From Bdellovibrionales bacterium (GTDB lineage: Bacteria; Bdellovibrionota; Bdellovibrionia; Bdellovibrionales; UBA1609), in assembly GCA_965199935.1 (NCBI GenBank), contig CBDATD010000001.1, positions 235,097 through 299,096 on the forward strand: 64,000 bases of DNA, in the 5' to 3' direction. Both the position numbers and the translations under genes were made by a program. The notes beneath the pieces were generated by a model that did no database searches, was not told where the DNA came from, and saw only the letters and a list, made by a program, of their open reading frames with translations. Every line of letters starts with the position of its first letter. Within the stretch, counting starts at the first letter, position 1. Positions 18,165-27,699 of the stretch are shown one piece after another.

Positions 18165-18899
18165 ATGCCTAAAAAAACTTTTCTTATTTTGATTTTTCAG
18201 ACTTGCCTGCTGTACGCCGAACCCGCCCTCATCAGTCAAAATGACGAAGAAATAGACGAACTCAATGCCTACGACCCTTTCACAGATTACATCGACTTTC
18301 AGGACACTGAAGGAGAAGAAGAAGATATGGCTTTCTTCAAAACAGGAAAGATGTTGTCTGCCGGTATCTTTGGAGGCTACAGACACTTCATCTTCCCGCC
18401 CAATGAAGAAAGAAACACTTCCAATTCAATTAATTACGGCCTCTTTCTTAAAAATTTTGCGAATTTACACATTGCTACACAATTTTCTTACACCGGCAGT
18501 ATCAATTCTTTTGCCTACACACACAACAATCAGCTCCTTTCTGCAAGAACAATCTATCATCACCTTGGAATGGAATTTCGCTACTACTGGAACAGGAGCC
18601 AGCTCGTTCGCCCTTTAGCGCGTTTAAACCCTTACATTTCAGCAGGAGGTTTTATGACCCTGCGCTCCTCTCAAAGATACGTGTCAAGACAAGTTGTTCC
18701 TCAGTCCAACTACAGTGCGGGAGTTAAAGGCGGACTGGGTCTGGAAATTCATCTTTCCACACGCGTCTATCTTGGTTTGAATGCAGAGTATAATTTTATG
18801 TTTATCGCACGAGAAGAATGTGTCACCTCCTCAAATCAGTACATTTGCGCCCCCGAAAATATGGTGAATACTATGCTTGTGTTGGGGCGTAATTTTTAA
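18165..18899 (+). CDS. Small beta-barrel outer-membrane protein (family not assigned)
   Basis: It has a signal peptide (MPKKTFLILIFQTCLLYA), alternating hydrophobic beta-strand pattern and a C-terminal ..LVLGRNF. Confidence 0.55.
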   Translation: MPKKTFLILIFQTCLLYAEPALISQNDEEIDELNAYDPFTDYIDFQDTEGEEEDMAFFKTGKMLSAGIFGGYRHFIFPPNEERNTSNSINYGLFLKNFANLHIATQFSYTGSINSFAYTHNNQLLSARTIYHHLGMEFRYYWNRSQLVRPLARLNPYISAGGFMTLRSSQRYVSRQVVPQSNYSAGVKGGLGLEIHLSTRVYLGLNAEYNFMFIAREECVTSSNQYICAPENMVNTMLVLGRNF

Positions 18900-18966
18900 T
18901 CTTTTTAGTGCCTTACAGCTCGTATTGGTGTTAGTCTTGGGAAGATTTTTTAAAAGGAGTGTTTTT

Positions 18967-19840
18967 ATGAAACTTTTTGTTTTTCTGCTGTTCTCTGGGT
19001 TTGTGTATGCTCAAGAACCCAATAAATCTGACGGGCCTGCACAGCCTGACAGCGGTTCTCAAAAAGAATCAGCCCCTCCTTCCGTCGCTCCACCGGAGCA
19101 AAATCCCCAAAAAGACCAAGCCCCACAAAAAGATTCATCTAGAGAAGCTCCAAAACTTCCTCCCAACTCCGAGAAAACAAATGCTCCAAAAGAACAATAA
19201 AGAAGGCTCCTCAGCACAACCTGCTAATGAACCGCAGGCCGTCGCAGTGCCTCCACAGCCTCTGTCTGCTCCTCCCGAAGAACCTGTCCCCTACTACAAC
19301 CCTCTGCATCCTCAATCTGCGTCCGCCTATCAAGAGGGAGACCTTCCCAGTGAGGAATATTCCAATATGACAGCTCTAAAAGACCGCAGACACCGATTTT
19401 CTATCAGCGGACGTCTTTTTCGACTATCGCATGCAGGGAGATAAGAAAAAAATCAACCTCAACTTTGGAGCAGACTACGGCTATTCCAGAAAGTATTTTG
19501 AAGCAGGGCCTTATGCTTCCATAGATGTGAGCGACCTTGATGTCGGTGCAGATCGATTCCAAGATGTGCTTCTATTGGATGTTGGCGCTTTTGTTGAAGT
19601 TAATTTTGCAAGCACACAAGCCAAAAGAACACTCCTTCAATAGGGTTAAAAGCAGGTTATAAGAGAAAACAAAACATGAACTATCTTGTAGGGCAGACAT
19701 ATGCATCAATGAAATTTTTTCTGAACCATCAAACAGCCTTCTTTGTTTCTTTAGCCCCCTACTTGCAATACAAGTGGCAGGGTCAAACATGGGAATGGGG
19801 CGTAGAAATACCTGCAGGACTTAGGTTTTATTTTTACTAG
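18967..19840 (+). pseudogene. Beta-barrel outer-membrane protein with a Pro/Gln-rich N-terminal linker, three frameshifts as assembled
   Basis: Signal peptide MKLFVFLLFSGFVYAQ. Four ORF pieces join with 1-nt changes at A4 19188-19191, T5 19416-19420 and A4 19623-19626. The rejoined end is ..WGVEIPAGLRFYFY. Confidence 0.55.
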
Positions 19841-19972
19841 CGCGGGCTGATCACTTTTTGAACAGTTCAAGAACATTTTTAATCAAATATCTTCGATCTT
19901 GATATTTGATTTGATTCCTTAATTATTCTTATGGATAATCGCCTAAGCAGAGGTTTTAACAGGAGATTTAAA

Positions 19973-20536
19973 ATGAAATTTATTTACATCTTACTCGCCT
20001 TTTTTGTCCTTAGCTTGCAGGCTGAAACGATGCAAAAAAGACTGTACAAAAAAAGACACAACAAAGTTCAGATTAATGCAGGGCATTTGCAGATCAGTAA
20101 TGAGATGAGTTTGAGCGGCAGTTTAGCGGGCAGTTACTCCAGAAACTTTGGCTACTTTGAAATAGGCGCGTTGTTGAGCTTTTCCAATATTACTGAGTTT
20201 AATTTTTCTGAAATAGGGCAGGCGATGGAAACTTTAAACCCTCGGATAGGGTTGGTGTTTGAAGGAAACTTTATAAAAAACAAAAGAAGAAACAACTGGA
20301 TTCCCTCCGGAGGCTTAAAAATTATCTACGCGTTCAGCGAACATGAATTTGGAAGAGGGTCTGACCGCGATAAGGGGCTTTATGCAAATCTTTTTCTCAG
20401 CTCCAAACATTTTATCAGCAGCAGGACTTCTATTAACATAGAACTAGAGTATCCTTTGAAAGTGTGGGAGTGGAATACTGAAGATCTCTGGAGAGGCCTC
20501 GACCCCTCCGTCGCCTACGCCTACTACTTCCACTAA
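19973..20536 (+). CDS. Small beta-barrel outer-membrane protein
   Basis: Signal peptide MKFIYILLAFFVLSLQA with an aromatic C-terminus ..AYAYYFH. The internal ATG is preferred over the ORF-track start. Confidence 0.5.
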   Translation: MKFIYILLAFFVLSLQAETMQKRLYKKRHNKVQINAGHLQISNEMSLSGSLAGSYSRNFGYFEIGALLSFSNITEFNFSEIGQAMETLNPRIGLVFEGNFIKNKRRNNWIPSGGLKIIYAFSEHEFGRGSDRDKGLYANLFLSSKHFISSRTSINIELEYPLKVWEWNTEDLWRGLDPSVAYAYYFH

Positions 20537-21818
20537 GACTTTTTCATAAAAGTGGTTTGAATTGGAATTCCCTTCAAGGAATATTTTTCTTGAATTTTCT
20601 TCACTAAAAACTTTCGGTAAGAAGAATTCACACCTTTTGGTTCATTAGTAAAAATAACAAAACCAGGGGGTGCTTTTTTCGTCTGGGTAAGATAGTAAAA
20701 CTTAACATTTCTAGATCCATAAACAGGGGCCGGCGCCTGCTGAACCACTTGAGCAAAAAATGATTCAGCTCTGAGGTGGAAATACGAAAAGAATTTTTTT
20801 CCATACATTGAGAGATGGTTTTCATCAAACACCCCAGCCCCATTCCTGTTTTAGCGCTGGTAAATACACAAGGTATATCTGGAAAATAACTCAGCTCCCT
20901 GCGAACGGACTGCCTCATCTCTATCTTTGATATTTGAGAAAGATCCCATTTATTAATAACCAAAAGAGTTGTTTTATGTTTTTCCATACAGTAAGAAAAC
21001 AAGCGGGCCGACTGCCTGGAGAATTTCTTTTGTCCATCAATGACCAAGAGGATTAAATCGGCTTTCTCAAAATAGCTTAAACTTTTTGCCGATGATATTT
21101 TTTCCAAATTCTCAAGCCTTTTGCTTTTTTTTCGAATCCCTGCGGTGTCTAAAATTTCATATTTTTTCTTATTGTATTGAAAAACCTCATCCACCACATC
21201 CACAGTGGTATGCGCCGCAGGGGACGCCACCATACGATTCTTCCTCAATATCAAATTGCAAAGAGAGCTTTTTCCCACATTGCACTGGCCTGCAATCAGT
21301 AAAGATGTTTTATCTTCCTCTTGAATCGGACCATTTTTGGAATTTTTAATAATCCAATCTACAATAAGAGCAATGTTGTCCTCTTTTTCAAAGGAAACAG
21401 GAATAAAATCAGACCCTAATTCATAAAATTCGTTGAGCCGGCCTTCAAAAGAACGAGGGTGATCGACTTTATTCACTGCCAGTAAATATTTTTTATCTTT
21501 AATCCATTTAAAAATTTTCTTATCTTCATCATGAAGCCCAAGGCGCGCGTCCATAACAAAAATAATGAGATCAGCTGTTTTGCAGGCCTGTTGAACCTGA
21601 TCTTGAACAGCAGAGAAAATGACTGAGGAGGTATTCCACATGAGACCGCCGGAATCCCACACCTCAAAAGAATGCCCCCACCAGCGGGCTGCGCCTTTAA
21701 TAATATCTCTAGTCACACCCGGTTGGTCCAAAACTAAAGCTCTTCTCTGCCTCACCAAGCGGTTAAATAAAGAAGATTTTCCAACATTAGGACGCCCCAC
21801 AATTAAAACTTTGGTCAT
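20533..21818 (-). pseudogene. der: Ribosome-associated GTPase Der/EngA, frameshifted as assembled
   Basis: Two G domains (GRPNVGKSSLFN, GQCNVGKSSLCN). The KH-like tail (..RISTSELNHF | AQVVQQAPAPVYGSRNVKFYYLTQ..PPGFVIF..) changes frame at the A6 run 20755-20760. Confidence 0.85.
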
Positions 21819-21851
21819 CTTATTCTTCCCCCGGTCTCCTCAAATAAATCT

Positions 21852-22535
21852 TCAAAATCCAAAGTTCTTTCTCGCGGCTTCTTGTTCTGCTTCCTTCTTA
21901 GTAGAACCCTGGCCTTGTCCGTAAATTTTGCCGCTCAAAACCACTTGTACAAAGAAAACTTTCCTATGGGCGGGCCCTTGCTCTCCAACCAGTTTATAGT
22001 GCGGTATTTTTTGAAGAACTTTTTGACTGCGCCCCTGCAGGATAGTTTTATAGTCCTCATCCACCCAGCTTTTTAAATCTTTTTGAAACATGAGAGACAC
22101 AATTTTTTGAGCAGAATCATACCCTCCATCCAAATAGACAGCTCCTACAATAGCTTCAAAAGCGGAGGCTAACAAGCGGGGATTGGAGGCTCCTCTATTC
22201 ATCTTTTCAGCCCGAGACAGCTTGAGCTCCCGGCCAAAACCCAATTCTCTCGCTTTTTTATAAAGCCCTTTAGTACTCACCAGTGAAGATCTCATCTTGG
22301 ACAGCCGGCCCTCATCCGCCTCTTGATGAACCCTCATCAATAAATCCCCAAGGACTAAATTCAACACAGCATCCCCCAAATATTCCAGCCTTTCATTATT
22401 TTCACTTTGTTTTGACAAATAAGCATAACTCTTATGGCTTAACGCCTGACTGAGCAATAAAGGATTTTTGAATGTGTACTTTAATGTTTTTTCCAACTTA
22501 GTCGGAGAAGAAATAAATTTCCTAAGCCATCTCAT
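21852..22535 (-). CDS. rnc: Ribonuclease III
   Basis: 227 aa. It has the ..NERLEYLGDAVLNLVL.. catalytic signature and a C-terminal dsRBD (..GPAHRKVF..GSTKKEAEQEAA). Confidence 0.9.
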   Translation of the reverse strand: MRWLRKFISSPTKLEKTLKYTFKNPLLLSQALSHKSYAYLSKQSENNERLEYLGDAVLNLVLGDLLMRVHQEADEGRLSKMRSSLVSTKGLYKKARELGFGRELKLSRAEKMNRGASNPRLLASAFEAIVGAVYLDGGYDSAQKIVSLMFQKDLKSWVDEDYKTILQGRSQKVLQKIPHYKLVGEQGPAHRKVFFVQVVLSGKIYGQGQGSTKKEAEQEAARKNFGF

Positions 22536-23802
22536 TACTGACTATTCCTTGAAATTGACTTTTGCGAGCATCCCAAGAGAGAAGTTTGACAGACACTTCA
22601 TGATTCAAAACGGGCTGCTCCCCTTCAAAATACACACTCCAATAGTCTCTGCTGACACCCCCCCTGCTCAAAGGAAGGACTTTCTTTATTTTCCCAACTT
22701 GCAGCCGGGCCTGCTCATTGAACCGATGCCGGCTTAAATTTCTAAACAGCAAAGCCCTCTTTGTTTTGTCAATAGGAGAACAGTGAGAACCCATTCGCAG
22801 AGCGTAGGTTTTAGGCCGGGCACTGTAAGGGAACACATGCATCTGCGTCCAATAATTGTCTTTGAAAAGTTCATAGGAAGATTCAAAATCTTTTTGCGTC
22901 TCCCCCGGAAACCCCGCAATAAGATCCATACCAACAAAAGCATTCGGTGTTTTCTTATGAATCCTCTCTAGGCATTTCTGAACGTCTCTTCTAGTATAAG
23001 TTCTTTTCATGTTTTTCAAAACCTTTGTAGAACCGCTTTGGATGCTTAAATGAAAATGCCGGCACAGCCGCTCATCTTGATACAAAGATAACAAACGATC
23101 GCTCAATTCAACAGGTTCTAAACTGCTTAAACGAATACGCGGTATTTTTGTTTTTTCTAAGATGGAAGACACCAAATCACACAAACCTTTCTCTTGATCT
23201 TGGTAATCCCCAATATGAACTCCCGTAAGAACCACTTCACGCACCCCTTGAAAAAACTTATCATTCACTTGATCTACTAAGTGGGAAATACTTAAGCTCC
23301 GGCTTTTACCGCGTGCAAATGGAATGATGCAAAAAGTGCAAAACTGCGAACACCCATCTTGAATTTTAAGAAAAAATCGAGTGTGGTCTTTTTCCACCTG
23401 CCCCCCTTGGCCTAAGGGGGTGTTTTTAAAAATGTTAGAGTGAAAAATACGCTCTGTTAAAGAACCTTCCTCATATTTTTTTAAAATATCCGCCATCTGA
23501 TGCTTGTGGGAGTTGCCTATAATCAGATGTACGTCCGGACTGCGGCTGTAGCGGTCCAGCTCCACTTGACTGCCGCAGCCAGTGACCACAATAACATCCC
23601 GAGGATTCTTCTTTCTGTGGCGCCGAATCCATCGAAGAGAATCTAAGACAGCATTCTCAGTCACTGCACATGTATTGACAATATGATAGCGAGAGGAGCC
23701 TTTCACAGGGGAGAGGTTTTTTTGCAAAAGAGAAGTGTCATATGTGTTGACTTTACACCCAAAAGTTTTAATCGTGTAATCCACAAATAACTCCTCCTCC
23801 AA
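22522..23802 (-). CDS. mtaB: Radical-SAM methylthiotransferase, MtaB-like
   Basis: 426 aa. It has the N-terminal TFGCKVNTYD, the radical-SAM CxxxCxxC motif (CSQFCTFC) and a C-terminal TRAM-like region. Confidence 0.75.
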   Translation of the reverse strand: MEEELFVDYTIKTFGCKVNTYDTSLLQKNLSPVKGSSRYHIVNTCAVTENAVLDSLRWIRRHRKKNPRDVIVVTGCGSQVELDRYSRSPDVHLIIGNSHKHQMADILKKYEEGSLTERIFHSNIFKNTPLGQGGQVEKDHTRFFLKIQDGCSQFCTFCIIPFARGKSRSLSISHLVDQVNDKFFQGVREVVLTGVHIGDYQDQEKGLCDLVSSILEKTKIPRIRLSSLEPVELSDRLLSLYQDERLCRHFHLSIQSGSTKVLKNMKRTYTRRDVQKCLERIHKKTPNAFVGMDLIAGFPGETQKDFESSYELFKDNYWTQMHVFPYSARPKTYALRMGSHCSPIDKTKRALLFRNLSRHRFNEQARLQVGKIKKVLPLSRGGVSRDYWSVYFEGEQPVLNHEVSVKLLSWDARKSQFQGIVSNEMA

Positions 23803-24838
23803 CCAGTTGTTTTTTTCTGTAAAGGACTGCTGACTGCCCCGGTGTTACAGCCCTTTGCGGTTCTTCAAATTCAATAAAACACCGAGAATTTTTAGGATAG
23901 ACGCGGGCCCATTGAGCTTGGCTGACAAAACGAATTTTCACTTTCAATCTCTCTCCCGGCAAAACTTCATCCAGCCAATGCAAATTTTCAACCTCGGCTT
24001 GATTTCTATATAAAAAATGCTCTTCACCCAACCATACGGATTGACGGGAGGGGTCTATTTTTATCACATAAAGGGGGTGTTTATACGACACTCCCAGTCT
24101 TTTCCTTTGACCATACGTGAATTGATGGATTCCCGTATGAACTCCCAAAATCTCTCCTGACGGATAGAGTTTTAATTCCCCCTCTGTCTTTTTTTCCCTC
24201 CGGCGGTCTATAAACTTCACATAACCGCTCCTACCTATAAAGCACAGCCCTGTGGAGTCTTTTTTATCAAAGACAGGAAGTTTTTTTTTCTGTGCAATAC
24301 GCCTCACCTCCGCTTTACCCATACCTCCCACAGGAAAAAGAAGCCGCGGCAGCAGCTGTAAAGGAGTGGTAAAAAGAAAATAAGTCTGATCTTTCCAGGA
24401 ATCATCGCTTTGATAAATTTTCCACTTTCCCTGTCTATTTTCCACCTTTGCATAGTGTCCTGTCGCCAAAAAATCGCATTCCAACTCCATCATTTTTTGA
24501 ACTAAATAATGGAATTTCAGATGTGTATTGCAGTTTAAACAAGGAATAGGAGTCTCTCCTTTTTGATAAGAATCCACAAAAGGTTCAATCACTTTTTCCT
24601 TAAATTCTTCTTCACAATTAATCACGTAAAATGGAATGCCCAATATTTGAGACACTCTTCTGGCGTCTTCCACGTCCACGCTTGAACAGCAAGTCCCAAA
24701 GCCTTCTTCACAATCTTTATCGGAATAATCCCAAACCTGCATGGTTACGCCGACAACATCATACCCTTGATCCAAAAGCAGAGCCGCGGCGACAGAGCTG
24801 TCCACCCCGCCGCTCATTGCCATAAGTACACGTTTCAT
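23768..24838 (-). CDS. mnmA: tRNA 2-thiouridine(34) synthase
   Basis: 356 aa. It has the PP-loop AMSGGVDSSV and ..ATGHYA.. / ..KDQTYFL.. motifs. Confidence 0.9.
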   Translation of the reverse strand: MKRVLMAMSGGVDSSVAAALLLDQGYDVVGVTMQVWDYSDKDCEEGFGTCCSSVDVEDARRVSQILGIPFYVINCEEEFKEKVIEPFVDSYQKGETPIPCLNCNTHLKFHYLVQKMMELECDFLATGHYAKVENRQGKWKIYQSDDSWKDQTYFLFTTPLQLLPRLLFPVGGMGKAEVRRIAQKKKLPVFDKKDSTGLCFIGRSGYVKFIDRRREKKTEGELKLYPSGEILGVHTGIHQFTYGQRKRLGVSYKHPLYVIKIDPSRQSVWLGEEHFLYRNQAEVENLHWLDEVLPGERLKVKIRFVSQAQWARVYPKNSRCFIEFEEPQRAVTPGQSAVLYRKKQLVGGGVICGLHD

Positions 24839-26013
24839 TCTTGATCCCTTATTTTCCTTAATCTATTGACAATTTCCTTTAAAACATCTGCAAATTTTTT
24901 TAAAGACTCCCAGTTTGTACCCAAGCCGAAGCTCACCCGAAGAACACATTGAGCTTCATCAGGAGAAAACCCCATGCCCAGCAAAACCACACTCGGAGAC
25001 AGGCTTCCGGAATGACAGGCAGAGCTGACACTTACTGAATAACCCTTCATATCTAAATTCATCATAACCGTTTCCGCAAAAACTCCTTCTATCATCATGG
25101 AGGAGCAGGTGCCGACACGAGGCCGGCCTTTCCCTATAAAGTGTATATTTTCAATGGATTTTTCAATCAGAGACTCCAGCCGGTCCCTCCACTGGGCTGT
25201 TTTTTGATTCTGATTTAAAATCTCTTTACCTCTTTCCGCCAAAGCCCCTAAAGAACATATAGACAGAATATTTTCGGTGCCGGCTCTTCTTTTTCTCTCT
25301 TGGGGGCCTCCGTGGACCAGGCTTTCCACAGACAATCCTTTTTTCACATACAAAGCCCCCGCCCCTTTTAAGGAATAAAATTTATGCCCTGATAAACTGA
25401 TCATATCCACCCCCAGATTTTCCACATCCAAAGGAATCTTCCCCAAGGCTTGCACAGCATCTGAATGAAATAAAGCTCCTGCTCTGCGGCCCAGCTCCGC
25501 CAATTTTTGAATGGGGAATATACACCCCGTTTCGTTATTGACATACATGATAGAAACAAAAGCTGTTTGATCGTCCAAAGCATTTTCATATTTGTCCAAA
25601 TCCAAGGCTCCTGACTTCAGTACAGGAATCACCTCCAGCTGAAAACCATAATGATCTCTAATCCACCGGCACACACCGGTGACGCTTGGATGCTCCACTG
25701 AGGAAATAATAATTTTTTTTCTGGATGAATTTTTAAATCTTTCAGCCAGCCCTTTGAGCGCTTGATTGTTTGATTCGCTTCCTCCGCTTGTAAACACAAT
25801 CTCTAAAGGGCGGGCCTGGATAAAACGCGCCAACTGCTCCCGGGCTGTCCAAATGAGGCCGCGGGCTTCACGCGCCTTTTGATAAGCGGCGCTGGGATTC
25901 CCCCAGCATTTCAGCCAGTCTTGAACTTTGGCATTCAAAAACCCCGCCACTGGTGTTGTCGAATGGTAATCCAAATACACTCTGTTCAATTCTTTAGCAA
26001 CTTCTATGCTCAT
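24835..26013 (-). CDS. Cysteine desulfurase (NifS/IscS class V aminotransferase)
   Basis: 392 aa. It has ..SGGSESNN.., the PLP lysine motif SGHKFYSLKGAGALYV, and SSACHSG with the active-site Cys. Confidence 0.85.
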   Translation of the reverse strand: MSIEVAKELNRVYLDYHSTTPVAGFLNAKVQDWLKCWGNPSAAYQKAREARGLIWTAREQLARFIQARPLEIVFTSGGSESNNQALKGLAERFKNSSRKKIIISSVEHPSVTGVCRWIRDHYGFQLEVIPVLKSGALDLDKYENALDDQTAFVSIMYVNNETGCIFPIQKLAELGRRAGALFHSDAVQALGKIPLDVENLGVDMISLSGHKFYSLKGAGALYVKKGLSVESLVHGGPQERKRRAGTENILSICSLGALAERGKEILNQNQKTAQWRDRLESLIEKSIENIHFIGKGRPRVGTCSSMMIEGVFAETVMMNLDMKGYSVSVSSACHSGSLSPSVVLLGMGFSPDEAQCVLRVSFGLGTNWESLKKFADVLKEIVNRLRKIRDQE

Positions 26014-26086
26014 GCCTCTCCTCTATGCGATTTTACTTAAGATCAAGTTTAAATAGTCCGTTTGTAAAATAGAAGAAGAATCAAAA

Positions 26087-27697
26087 ATGATCAACAAGGA
26101 TTCCAAATATATGAGTCCCATTACAGCGTGGAAAGAAAAATTTCAAGTCTCAAACGGCTGTACACTCGAAACAGCACTGAGAACTCAGCTCATTGACGAA
26201 ACAAAATACCAAAAATGGGCTTCCAAATATTATGGTCTGCCCATAATAGAAGATGAATTTTTTACAAATCATCCTCCCTCCGCAAAATTTATCAAAAGTA
26301 TTGAAAGTATCGCCAGTCCGTCAGCCGTTCCCTGCTTTGAATGGAAAAATATTCTCTATGTAGCTTGTTTGGAACCGCAAAAAATGGACATTCATCAGAA
26401 AACAATTTTTTTTCTGGCGTCCCTTAAAAGTATGGAATCCCTATGGAATGATGTGCAATCCTTGAAAGAGCAAAAGGCAGAAAAGCCGCGCCAAAAACAA
26501 ACATCAGCTCATCCACAGACACCATCCAATCCTGTGAAAATAGACAATGACGACATGGAATTCGAGTATATAAATTGGCTCAAATCAATAATGTTTTCTG
26601 TGGTTGACATTGCTAAGGCCTTTGTAAAATTTATGGCGTCAGACAAAAATCCCTTCTTCAAAAACAACACACGAAAGAACCCTATAAACACCCGCAGAAA
26701 AACAAGCTCTATGAAAATAGAGGTGGATTCCCAATCCCGCAGAAGCTCAGCAAAGAAGACAGTTGAAATCACTGGGCAGAGGCGCGAAAACGATGAGGCG
26801 GATTTGTCCAGAGAGGCTCAATTTGCTGAACAGGAGCAGGAGAAAGAGGAAGAGCTGTCAAGAGAAACTGATGAGATGGAGAGGAAGGAGGATGAAAATA
26901 GTGAGGGAGGCAGTGAAATGATTCAGATGCCGGCGCTTGCTGAGGCTCCGGAGGACCCCTCCACAATACAAAGGGAAAAAGAAAAGCAGACAGAACAAAA
27001 AACAGAGCTGATCGCCCTGGTGGATGACGGCCCTCCACAGCCTCCACCCTCCAGCAAAGAGGCTGAAACGCCTGTCGAAAATTCAGAAAAAACAGACCCT
27101 CCCGAAGAAAAAGCTGAAACGCCTGCCGAAAATTCAGAAAAAACAGATCCTCCCGAAGAAAAAAAAGAGGAAGAGAACATAGAAAAAAAACCTCCCTCTA
27201 TACCAAATAAATCCGGATCTCTTCTCATACTGAACCAAAAAAAATCATCAACATTGGATCCACTCAGCCCTCTTCAACAGACTTTAGAAGAAACAAAACA
27301 TTACATAAACTCCTACATACTTTTTATTTTTAAGAAAGATGTGTTTATACCTTACAAATGGAGTTCTCATTTAAAAGCTCAAAAGAAGGCGCCGGGCGCT
27401 ATACAAAAACCTTCTATTTTTCGTATTGTACACACGAGCAAACAGCCTTATTTTGGACATCTCGCGCCGGTATTAACCAATAATCATTTTTTCAATCAAT
27501 GGGGGTTTGAAACACTGCCCCAATACGTTGTTCTCATCCCCTTCCTTTCTGCCGGCAAAAAAGAGGTTCTGGGAGCTTACTTGGGCATCTCTGAAACACG
27601 CACACTGCCTATAAAATGTCTTCATGCTATCGAAAAAATAGTTCGGCCTCTATCTCCTTACTATGAAGACGGCAGTTTATTGAAAAAAATATCTTAA
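26087..27697 (+). CDS. Hypothetical protein with an acidic low-complexity core
   Basis: 536 aa. The N-terminus faintly resembles T2SSE_N (..YQKWASKYYGLPIIEDEFF..). It has a Glu/Lys/Pro-rich centre and a conserved-looking C-terminal ~150 aa. Confidence 0.55.
   Translation: MINKDSKYMSPITAWKEKFQVSNGCTLETALRTQLIDETKYQKWASKYYGLPIIEDEFFTNHPPSAKFIKSIESIASPSAVPCFEWKNILYVACLEPQKMDIHQKTIFFLASLKSMESLWNDVQSLKEQKAEKPRQKQTSAHPQTPSNPVKIDNDDMEFEYINWLKSIMFSVVDIAKAFVKFMASDKNPFFKNNTRKNPINTRRKTSSMKIEVDSQSRRSSAKKTVEITGQRRENDEADLSREAQFAEQEQEKEEELSRETDEMERKEDENSEGGSEMIQMPALAEAPEDPSTIQREKEKQTEQKTELIALVDDGPPQPPPSSKEAETPVENSEKTDPPEEKAETPAENSEKTDPPEEKKEEENIEKKPPSIPNKSGSLLILNQKKSSTLDPLSPLQQTLEETKHYINSYILFIFKKDVFIPYKWSSHLKAQKKAPGAIQKPSIFRIVHTSKQPYFGHLAPVLTNNHFFNQWGFETLPQYVVLIPFLSAGKKEVLGAYLGISETRTLPIKCLHAIEKIVRPLSPYYEDGSLLKKIS
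27062..27163 (+). repeat. 51-bp tandem duplication inside the CDS
   Basis: AETPVENSEKTDPPEEK / AETPAENSEKTDPPEEK. The two nucleotide units are nearly identical (27062-27112 and 27113-27163). Confidence 0.85.
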
Positions 27698-27699
27698 AA

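Noticed and set aside
26509-27228. Three antisense ORFs (26509-26772, 26769-27047, 26923-27228) lie inside the acidic repeat gene. Similar antisense or out-of-frame ORFs lie inside pst, pil, bamA and mgtE genes.
   Set aside because: They are embedded in longer ORFs with clear homology or motifs. They have low-complexity mirror-image composition and lack RBSs, so they are typical shadow ORFs.
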